Shown one piece after another: positions 1 to 7,429 of a stretch of 14,016 nt of DNA (the stretch's first letter is position 1; each line of letters starts with the position of its first letter). The notes below the pieces were generated by a model. It was given only the letters and a program-made list of their open reading frames with translations. It ran no database searches and was not told where the DNA came from. Source of the stretch: Archangium sp. (GTDB taxonomy: Bacteria; Myxococcota; Myxococcia; Myxococcales; Myxococcaceae). The DNA is taken from the NCBI GenBank assembly GCA_031367385.1, contig JANLPS010000378.1:1-14016 (forward strand), in the 5' to 3' direction. The translations under genes and the position numbers were made by a program.

Positions 1-1
1 C

Positions 2-259
2 ATTCGCTCGCAGTCGCGCATGGGCCCCAACAACCAAGACGCCTTCGACGGCGTCACCAGCCGATGCTCAGACAGCACGAGCAATTTCTGGAGTACCACC
101 ACTCACAGCAACCTCACTCGATCGGCCGAGGTGATCTTGCGCCGGGCGTCGAGCACCAAGGTCGCGGGCCTTGGCTTGGCGGTCAGCTGCTCCAACTACG
201 TCGCGGCGGTCACCGGCTCGAGGCCCTCCTGGCGCTTCTCCGACATCTGGATCAAGTGA
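2..259 (+). CDS. 3' end of a hypothetical protein (gene starts before the window)
   Basis: Frame is open from position 2 (IRSQSRMGPNNQDAF...WRFSDIWIK*) with mostly G/C third positions. Its TGA (257-259) overlaps the GTG start of the next gene (GTGA), typical of translational coupling. No family recognised. Confidence 0.6.
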   Translation: MRSQSRMGPNNQDAFDGVTSRCSDSTSNFWSTTTHSNLTRSAEVILRRASSTKVAGLGLAVSCSNYVAAVTGSRPSWRFSDIWIK

Positions 260-843
260 GCACCCCGAAGTACTTCGCGACGCCGGCGAAGTTTCGCGCC
301 TGGCTCGAGGCAAACCACCTGAAGAAATCAGAGCTGCTGGTGGGCTTCTACAAGACCAGCAGCGGCAAGCCGAGCCTCACCTGGCCGCAGTCGGTCGACC
401 AGGCCCTCTGCTTCGGGTGGATCGATGGGGTGCGGCGATCGATCGACGGCGAGCGCTACTCGATTCGCTTCACCCCGCGAAAGCCCACCAGCATCTGGAG
501 CAACATCAACATCGCCAAGGTCGCAGCCCTCACCAAAGCCGGGGTGATGCGCCCCGCCGGCCTCGAGGCCTTCGCGGCGAAAAGCAAAACGAAGCAAGGC
601 GTGTACTCGTTCGAGCGTGCCGAACCCGCGAAGCTCGAGCTTGCGCAAGAGCAACAATTTCGGGCCGACCCGAAGGCCTGGGAGTACTTCGAGCACCAAG
701 CGCCCTGGTACCGGCGGGCGGCGCTGCATTGGGTCACCTCGGCCAAGCGCGAAGAGACCCGGGTGAAGCGGTTGGCACAGCTGATCTCCGACTCCCAGCA
801 AGGTCAGCGAATCGGCCCGTTGAGTGCTTACAAGCGCGGGTAA
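256..843 (+). CDS. YdeI/OmpD-associated (OmdA, 'bacteriocin-protection') family protein, 195 aa
   Basis: Typical family motifs FRAWLEANH, SVDQALCFGWIDG, RFTPRKPTSIWSNIN and a C-terminal AWEYFEHQAPWYRRAALHWVTSAKREETRVKRLAQLI. Start placed at GTG 256, overlapping the upstream stop, rather than at the ORF-track start of 64. Confidence 0.9.
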   Translation: MSTPKYFATPAKFRAWLEANHLKKSELLVGFYKTSSGKPSLTWPQSVDQALCFGWIDGVRRSIDGERYSIRFTPRKPTSIWSNINIAKVAALTKAGVMRPAGLEAFAAKSKTKQGVYSFERAEPAKLELAQEQQFRADPKAWEYFEHQAPWYRRAALHWVTSAKREETRVKRLAQLISDSQQGQRIGPLSAYKRG

Positions 844-849
844 GCGCAG

Positions 850-2844
850 TCACTTCAGCAGCGCGGTGGCGGCCTCGACGGCTTCGTGAGTCCCCGTCAG
901 TGTCAACCGATCGCCCGCGCGCAGCACTTCACCCGCCGTCGGCACCAGCATGCGCTCGCCCTCCCGGGTGATGGCCAAGACCGTCGCGCCGGTCACGCCG
1001 CGCACATCGAGCTGGGCCAGGCTCCTGCCGACTCCGGCGCTGGTGCCGTCGAGCGCGACAAGCACTGCGCTGCCCAGCCCCGGCAACAGGTACGGCTCGG
1101 GGCGTGGCTCGGGTGACGGCCCCAGCCGGCCCCTCGCGACCAACGCTTCAACCAACGCCTCAGACCCAGCGCGAACATGCCCCTCGAGGTTGGTCGTGCT
1201 GCGCCAGAACGCGACCGCGAACACGCCCAGCACCAACACCAGCACCAGCGGCCCGGGAAACTGCGGCAAGAACGGTTGGGTCAGCGCCATCACCGGCAGC
1301 GCTACCGTCAGTACGATCGCCACCTGCAGCGTCACCACGAAGGCCCGTCGCGGCGCTTCGGCCAGATCGAGCTTGCCGTCTTCGCGCTTGGGCAACGCCG
1401 CTTCAGCGAGCTCGGCGCCCAGCCGCTGGGCCATGCGCGCAACGCCGATGAGCAAGGGCAGCCCCAGCGCGACCGCCGCAGTGACCGGAGCCCACCACGG
1501 CACCTGCGCCTGCCGCCACGCCAGCGCGGCACCGATGATCACCGCGGTCAAGACGATGGCGTCGAGCAGCAGCAACCGAACCCTGCGGGCCACGCCGTTC
1601 GAGCGCTTGGGCCGCTCCCGAAGTTGCTCGAGCCAGCTCGCGTAGAGCGTAGTGAAGGTCTGCACCCGGCGAGGCAAACGGCGATCGACCCAGCTGGCGA
1701 CCGGCCCCGAGGCCCGCACCAGCCAGGCCGTCGAGAGCGTCGTAATCGCCGAGACCGTCGCGGCCACCGGGTAGAGAAACCCGCGCGTCGCCGCCAACGA
1801 GAGCCCCAACCCCGCCAAGATGAACGAGAACTCGCCGATCTGCGACAGGCTCATGCCCGCCTGCACCGCGCGCCGGGTGTTGCCGTTGGTCAAGAACGTG
1901 CCCAGCGCGACGTTGACCGTCTTGCCGACGATCACCACCACCGTCAGCACCGCGATCGCCACCCAGTGCTGCACGACCAATGCAGGGTCGATCAACATGC
2001 CCACCGAGACGAAAAAGATCGCCGCGAACAAATCGCGAACGGGTTGCACCAGGTGCTCGACCGTCTTGCCCTCACCCGATTCGGAGATCAGCGACCCGGC
2101 GATGAACGCCCCCAACGCGACCGAGTAGCCGACCGCCTGCGCCAGCAATGCCAGTGAGAAACAGAACCCAATCGCAGCCACCAGCGTGGTCTCGGGCCGA
2201 TTGAGCTTCACCACCGCCCGCGCCACCCGCGGCACGATCAGCAACCCAATGCCCAGCAGCGCGGCGAGAAACGCGGCCAGCTTGCCGAGCACCAGCAGCC
2301 CTTCGCTCACCGACAGCCCCGACCCGGTCGAGATCGCCGTCATCGCCGTCAACAACACGATCGCGATCAGATCTTCGACGACCAGCACGCCGATCACCCA
2401 GTCGCGCAGCTTGCCGACGATGCCCTGCTCATCGAACGTCTTGACGATGATGGTCGTGCTCGAGATCGAGACGATCGCGCCGCAGAAGATGCTCTCGGTC
2501 ACCGACCACCCCAGCAGCTGCCCCACCCCGAACCCCAGGCTGAGCATGATGCTGCACTCGATGACCGCCGTCAGCCCGGCCGTCGGCCCCACCTTGCGCA
2601 GCTGCGCCAGGCTGAAGTCGAGGCCGATCGAAAACATCACCAGAATCACGCCCAGCTCGGAGAGGGCCTCGATCACCGACGGGTCGGCCACCAGCGGTAT
2701 CGGCACGTGGGGCCCGATGATCAACCCCGCCACGATGTAGCCCAGCACCACCGGCTGCTTCAGGCGTTGAAAGACGACCGTCGTCACCGCGGCGACGCTG
2801 AGCACGACCGTCAAGGCTTTGAGAAATTCGTGAGCGGAGATCAT
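850..2844 (-). CDS. CPA2-family monovalent cation (K+/Na+):H+ antiporter with C-terminal RCK_C/TrkA-C domain, 664 aa
   Basis: CPA2 motifs PVVLGYIVAGLIIGP, ELGVILVMFSIGLDFS, SISSTTIIVK, GVLVVEDL, LGAFIAG, VRDLFAAIFFVSVGM, SQIGEFSFIL. The C-terminal GRSLAQLDVRGVTGATVLAITR...GDRLTLTGT matches RCK_C. Confidence 0.92.
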   Translation of the reverse strand: MISAHEFLKALTVVLSVAAVTTVVFQRLKQPVVLGYIVAGLIIGPHVPIPLVADPSVIEALSELGVILVMFSIGLDFSLAQLRKVGPTAGLTAVIECSIMLSLGFGVGQLLGWSVTESIFCGAIVSISSTTIIVKTFDEQGIVGKLRDWVIGVLVVEDLIAIVLLTAMTAISTGSGLSVSEGLLVLGKLAAFLAALLGIGLLIVPRVARAVVKLNRPETTLVAAIGFCFSLALLAQAVGYSVALGAFIAGSLISESGEGKTVEHLVQPVRDLFAAIFFVSVGMLIDPALVVQHWVAIAVLTVVVIVGKTVNVALGTFLTNGNTRRAVQAGMSLSQIGEFSFILAGLGLSLAATRGFLYPVAATVSAITTLSTAWLVRASGPVASWVDRRLPRRVQTFTTLYASWLEQLRERPKRSNGVARRVRLLLLDAIVLTAVIIGAALAWRQAQVPWWAPVTAAVALGLPLLIGVARMAQRLGAELAEAALPKREDGKLDLAEAPRRAFVVTLQVAIVLTVALPVMALTQPFLPQFPGPLVLVLVLGVFAVAFWRSTTNLEGHVRAGSEALVEALVARGRLGPSPEPRPEPYLLPGLGSAVLVALDGTSAGVGRSLAQLDVRGVTGATVLAITREGERMLVPTAGEVLRAGDRLTLTGTHEAVEAATALLK

Positions 2845-2988
2845 CGGACCCAGCGCGACGGTCTTACGTCAGTCGGCCCGATGGTGAGATGACATACGAC
2901 ATTCGCGCAGCGCCTCTCTGACGCGTCTTTGCTTGCGTTTTGCACCGGCTCTTTCAGAGTCAGCTCCCTCACCCCCTTCGGAGCGTTC

Positions 2989-5900
2989 ATGACTCGTGTC
3001 GGTGCAATTGGGCTGCTGCTCGGCGCTTCGATGTTGTCCGCATGCAATGGCGGGGGCACCTGCACGGGCGAGGTCTGCTACTCACCGCTCACCCTGACCT
3101 GCGCCGTCGGCACGTCGTGCGAGGCCGCCGCCCCCTCGGTCAACGGCGGCAAACCGACCGCATTCACGGTCTACCCGGCGCTCCCCGCGGGCATGAACAT
3201 CGATCAGGCCACCGGCAAGATCTCAGGCACGCCCAGCGCCGCCATCTCGGCCACCCACTTCGCGATCAGAGCCACCACGGCCGCCGGTCTTCGCACGGGC
3301 ACCTGGCTCTTGACCATCACCGACGTCGCGCCGGCCAGCCTCAGCTACAGCCCCAGCACCCTCACCTGCACCATCGGCACCAGCTGCTCACTCACCGCCG
3401 TCACCGTCACCGGTGGCCGGCCCACCTCGTTTACCGTCTCTCCCGCCCTGCCGTCGGGGCTCTCGGTCGACCAGGGCACCGGCGCCATCACCGGCGCGCC
3501 CACCAGCGCGGCGGCGTCGGGCACTTACACCGTCAGCGCCGTCAACGCCGGCGGCCATGCCGACGCCACCGTCACCATCGAGGTGAAGCAACCCCCGCTC
3601 GGCGAGCTCAACTACTCCACCGCGGCCATCGTCTGCGTGGTCGGCTCACCCTGCACCGTCGCTGCGCCCAAACCCCTCGGGGCCGGCTCGGTCAGCTTCG
3701 TCATCGCCCCCGCGCTGCCCGCAGGCCTCGCAATCGACGCCGCGACCGGAGCGATCGGCGGCACGCCCACCGACCCCACGCCCGCCGCCAACTACCTGGT
3801 CACCGCCACCCGCGCTGGCGGCTCGGCCAGTCAAACCCTCACCCTGGCGGTCAAAGCCAAGCCGGCGGCGGGCCTCCAGTACGCCAGCAAGGTGTCGTGC
3901 ACCCGCGGGCAGGCCTGCACCGGCGCCGCGCCTGCCAACACCGGAGGCACCGGCCTGACCTTCACCGTCAGCCCCGCGCTGCCACAGGGCCTGGCGCTCG
4001 ACCCCGCCACCGGCGCGATCAGCGGCACCCCCGTGGTCATCACCGCCGTGAGCCCCTTCGTCGTCACCGCCTCCAACTCGGGCGGAGCGGTCACCACCGC
4101 GCTGCTGCTCGAGGTGCTCGAGACGCCGCCCACCTCGCTGGTCTACGCGCCCGCGACCTTGAGCTGCGTCGAGGGTACGGCCTGCGGCTTGCCGACACCC
4201 ACCAGCAGCGGCGGCCCGATTCTCGATTACGCGGTGAGCCCGGCCCTGCCCCGCGGCATCACCATCGACCCGCTCAACGGCACCATTCGCGGCAAGGCGA
4301 TCGGCAGCATCGCCTCGACCGTCTTCACCATCACCGGCAAAAACTCCGCTGGCTCGACCTCTGCGTCGGTCACCATCGTGGTGACGCCCATCTCACCTGG
4401 CGGCATCGCCTACGTGCCGAACTCGCTGCAGTGCCCGAGAAACCGCGACTGCAAGCTCGACGCGCCGCGAATCACCGGAGGCGCGCCGGCCAGCTACTCG
4501 GTTTCGCCGACCCTGCCCGCGGGCCTGTCGATCTCTTCGCTTGGCGTCATCTCGGGCAAGACCTCGGTGCCCTTCGGCACGTCGACGCCATACTCGGTCA
4601 CCGGCACCAACGCGCTGGGCAGCGTCGTCGCCACCATCAGCATCACCATTCAGCGCGAGCCGCCCTCGATGATCACCTACTCGCCCAACGTCATCGTCTG
4701 CACCCGCTCGGTGCCCTGCAGCATACCGGCGCCGACGTACGCGGGCGACCCGGCGATCTACGGCTTCTACGTGAACTCGTACCCACCACTGCCCAGTGGT
4801 CTGACCCTCGACAGCGCCACTGGCGCGATCAGAGGCACCGCTTCGGCGGGCCTCGACCCCACCCCATTCACCATGTACGGCTACAATGAAGGCGGCGGAG
4901 ACTACGGGTACTTCACGCTGACCGTGGTCGACTTCGCGCCCACCAACCTGGTCTACACGCCGAGCACGAAGATCTGCCCCATCGGCAACAACTGCCAATT
5001 CGGCCCGCCCACCAACTCCGGAGGGCGGATCACCAAATACACCGTCGAGCCGGCGCTGCCTCAAGGGCTCTCCATCGCCGCCGATGGCACGATCATCGGG
5101 TACGCCTACACGCCCAAAGAGCTCAGCTACTACACGGTCACCGGCACCAATACCGGCGGCACGGTCAGCACCACCATCTCGCTCGGCGTCGGCCTGGTCG
5201 CGCCGTCGAACATCGTCTTCAACGGCAGCCTCGGCTGCACCAAAGACGAGCAGTGCCAGACCAACGCCTCGTATGAAGGCAGCCCGCCCGACACCATCGT
5301 CTATTCGCCGCCGCTCCCGTCGTGGCTGACCGTCTACGGCTTCTACATGTACGGCACGCCCCCCACCGTCGCCACGCCGCAGACCTACACCGTCACCGCC
5401 ACCAACAGCGCCGGCAGCACCACCGGCACCTTGAGCCTCGCGGTCTTCGCCCCACCGACGCAGCAAACCTTCACGGGCTCACTCAACGTGCCGTTCTTCA
5501 GCGGCATCGCCGTGCACCCCACCAAGCCGGCGGTGATGTTCGCGCGCACGCTGACCGACGACATCTTCGGCACCACCGACAGCGGCGCAACGTGGAAGCG
5601 GCTGTGCCACGGCACCTCCAACGGCTCGGGGTATGGCACGGTCGTCGTCAGCCCCAACGGCACCGCTTTCTCGAACGGCAACTATGACACCATCGACAAG
5701 GTCGCTGACGTCGGCGGCGCCGCCTGCCCCAAGCTCGCACGTACCGTCAACTACGTCGGCACCTACGACACCTGGTTCGCCTTCACCTCGACCGGCCGCA
5801 TCTTCAACTGGAACCATGACAACGGGCTCTCGAGCTCAGACGACGACGGCGCCACGTGGACCGACCTCGGCTCGACGGGCTCGTACTACCGCTCGCTCGC

Positions 5901-7338
5901 GGTCGACCCCTTCGATGAGACCCGGGTGATATCGGTGCACAGCCCCACCGAAGCGAGCCCCACCGGCATCGTCGTCGGCACCGGTACCGTGCTCGACTCG
6001 ACCTTCCCCGACTCCTCGAATGGGCCCATTTTCAACCCCAAGTACCGCGGGTACATCACCATGGGCATGACCGGGTATCGAACCACCGACAAGGGCGTGA
6101 CCTGGGCCTACGACTCCAACGCGCGGGTCAGCGCAATCGACGCAACCGGCGCGGGCTACCGCCTCGACTATTCGCTCGGCAAAGTGGCGCTCTACCGCTG
6201 CCCCGACCACCGCACGCCGGTCTTCACGCTGCTCTACACCTTCGCGGCCGAGAACCAGTTCAGCTACTACGGTGACAAGGTCAGCGTCAGCGGCAGCACC
6301 ATCGTGGCCGAGATCAACAACAAGGCCTACTTCAGCATCAACGGCGGTGTCTCATTCACGCAGCTCAACGTGCCCGTGCCGATGAGCAGCTTTCACCCAA
6401 GCTCGGTCGTCAGCACTGGCACCAACGTCTATTACGGCCTCGGGTATACGGTGGCGCGCTCGGTCAACGGCGGGTCGACCTTCACCGGCGGCTCGTTCTT
6501 CCCCATCTCGTATCTGTATTCGTTCTTGAGTGGTGCGCGCGTCATCGCCAGCCCGAAGAACCCCGCGCACGTCTATTTTTACCCGAACAACTCACCCGGC
6601 TACGAGATGGCCCACTCCCTCGACGGCTTTCAAACCGTCGACGTGACCAATGACTCGAACAAAGCCTGGTACTCGTACGGCAGCGTCTTCGCGCTCAACC
6701 CGGCCGATGATGCTCAGGCCATCGTGCTCGGTAACGGCAGGGTCTCGAAGACCACCAACGCGTCGCTCACCTGGGCCGACACCACCGTGGCCGATGCCCC
6801 CTACGCCTGGTGGAGTTGGTACCCGAGCGACAGCGGAGAGGTCAGCCCCTTCAACCCGGCACACGTCTGGTACGTGTCGGGCCCGAAGTCCCCTGACAAC
6901 AAGTGGCAGCTGTTTCTGTACAACGACACCACCCACACCAACACCGACATCTCGGCGGCCACCGGGCTGACCAACCCGGCGGCGATCGCGACCTACAAGA
7001 CCAGCCCCACGACCACCGCGCTGCGGGTGATTTCAGAAAAGGGCACCATCGCGCAGACCACCAACGGGTCGACGTACACCATCACCAAGCCCGCGGCTCC
7101 GCTGAACGACTACGTCTATTACGGCCGCAAGCTGCGAATCTCTGAAGCTGACAGCAACGTGATGGCCACCATCGGCTCGATGTACGGCTACAGCGTGGGC
7201 GTGACCTACGACGGCGGCAAGAATTGGTTCTCGGTCGGTGTCTCCCCGTGCCAGCCCAACGACATCGCCATCGCCGGCAGCAAGGTGCTCATCACCTGCG
7301 CGGGCGACGAGAAGGCCCGCATTCTCGCGCTGCCCTAA
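2989..7338 (+). CDS. Large predicted lipoprotein: 9 putative Ig (He_PIG-type) repeats plus a C-terminal Asp-box/BNR beta-propeller region; probable surface adhesin or glycan-binding protein, 1449 aa
   Basis: ATG 2989 preceded by GGAG (2980-2983). Signal peptide and lipobox MTRVGAIGLLLGASMLSA-C. Repeated PALPxGLxxDxxTGAIxGTP units. Asp-boxes TTDSGATW, SDDDGATW, TTDKGVTW, SINGGVSF, SVNGGSTF, TYDGGKNW. Confidence 0.88.
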   Translation: MTRVGAIGLLLGASMLSACNGGGTCTGEVCYSPLTLTCAVGTSCEAAAPSVNGGKPTAFTVYPALPAGMNIDQATGKISGTPSAAISATHFAIRATTAAGLRTGTWLLTITDVAPASLSYSPSTLTCTIGTSCSLTAVTVTGGRPTSFTVSPALPSGLSVDQGTGAITGAPTSAAASGTYTVSAVNAGGHADATVTIEVKQPPLGELNYSTAAIVCVVGSPCTVAAPKPLGAGSVSFVIAPALPAGLAIDAATGAIGGTPTDPTPAANYLVTATRAGGSASQTLTLAVKAKPAAGLQYASKVSCTRGQACTGAAPANTGGTGLTFTVSPALPQGLALDPATGAISGTPVVITAVSPFVVTASNSGGAVTTALLLEVLETPPTSLVYAPATLSCVEGTACGLPTPTSSGGPILDYAVSPALPRGITIDPLNGTIRGKAIGSIASTVFTITGKNSAGSTSASVTIVVTPISPGGIAYVPNSLQCPRNRDCKLDAPRITGGAPASYSVSPTLPAGLSISSLGVISGKTSVPFGTSTPYSVTGTNALGSVVATISITIQREPPSMITYSPNVIVCTRSVPCSIPAPTYAGDPAIYGFYVNSYPPLPSGLTLDSATGAIRGTASAGLDPTPFTMYGYNEGGGDYGYFTLTVVDFAPTNLVYTPSTKICPIGNNCQFGPPTNSGGRITKYTVEPALPQGLSIAADGTIIGYAYTPKELSYYTVTGTNTGGTVSTTISLGVGLVAPSNIVFNGSLGCTKDEQCQTNASYEGSPPDTIVYSPPLPSWLTVYGFYMYGTPPTVATPQTYTVTATNSAGSTTGTLSLAVFAPPTQQTFTGSLNVPFFSGIAVHPTKPAVMFARTLTDDIFGTTDSGATWKRLCHGTSNGSGYGTVVVSPNGTAFSNGNYDTIDKVADVGGAACPKLARTVNYVGTYDTWFAFTSTGRIFNWNHDNGLSSSDDDGATWTDLGSTGSYYRSLAVDPFDETRVISVHSPTEASPTGIVVGTGTVLDSTFPDSSNGPIFNPKYRGYITMGMTGYRTTDKGVTWAYDSNARVSAIDATGAGYRLDYSLGKVALYRCPDHRTPVFTLLYTFAAENQFSYYGDKVSVSGSTIVAEINNKAYFSINGGVSFTQLNVPVPMSSFHPSSVVSTGTNVYYGLGYTVARSVNGGSTFTGGSFFPISYLYSFLSGARVIASPKNPAHVYFYPNNSPGYEMAHSLDGFQTVDVTNDSNKAWYSYGSVFALNPADDAQAIVLGNGRVSKTTNASLTWADTTVADAPYAWWSWYPSDSGEVSPFNPAHVWYVSGPKSPDNKWQLFLYNDTTHTNTDISAATGLTNPAAIATYKTSPTTTALRVISEKGTIAQTTNGSTYTITKPAAPLNDYVYYGRKLRISEADSNVMATIGSMYGYSVGVTYDGGKNWFSVGVSPCQPNDIAIAGSKVLITCAGDEKARILALP
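3076..5457 (+). repeat. Nine tandem Ig-like protein repeats of about 85-92 aa, degenerate at DNA level
   Basis: Each unit reads roughly LxY..C-x5-C..P..GG..F/YxVxPALPxGL.....GxIxG......YxVTxxNxxG......I/LxV..P. Nine units counted in the translation. Confidence 0.85.
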
Positions 7339-7352
7339 GAGGGCAGTTCGCG
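7326..7352 (+). terminator. Hairpin overlapping the lipoprotein stop codon (possible terminator or 3' stabilising stem)
   Basis: CGCG-CTGCCCT (7326-7336), loop AAG, AGGGCAG-TT-CGCG (7340-7352): a 7-bp perfect stem extended by 4 bp after a 2-nt bulge. No long U-tract. Confidence 0.4.
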
Positions 7353-7379
7353 TCAGTGAATTCAGCGGTTTCGCAGACC

Positions 7380-7420
7380 ACCCAATTCTAGAATTGCCTT
7401 TACCCAATTCGAGAATTGGG
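7380..7420. repeat. AT-rich nested inverted/direct repeat between convergent genes (candidate bidirectional terminator or tandem protein-binding site)
   Basis: ACCCAATTC(T/G)AGAATTG occurs at 7380-7396 and 7402-7418 (period 22, 1 mismatch). Each copy contains CAATTC-NN-GAATTG. The whole of 7381-7420 folds as a 9 bp + mismatch + 6 bp stem with an 8-nt loop. Confidence 0.75.
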
Positions 7421-7429
7421 GGCGGCACC

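Noticed and set aside
64..255. N-terminal extension of the YdeI-family ORF
   Set aside because: Overlaps the upstream CDS in another frame. Family similarity begins at GTG 256.
886..2740. Several plus-strand ORFs antisense to the antiporter (e.g. 1177-2157, 950-1645), with similar ones opposite plsX and gltC
   Set aside because: Stop-poor antisense frames expected at this GC content, with no protein-like features.
2929..2988. Longer TTG start for the lipoprotein
   Set aside because: ATG 2989 has a Shine-Dalgarno sequence and gives a canonical lipoprotein signal peptide.
2940..4889. 649-aa Arg/His-rich ORF in an alternative frame of the lipoprotein gene
   Set aside because: The HHR/RRH composition is what off-frame reading of ACC/GCC/GTC-rich codons produces.
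7380..7420. CRISPR array or IS terminal repeats
   Set aside because: Only two 17-nt copies with a 5-nt gap. No cas or transposase gene in the window.
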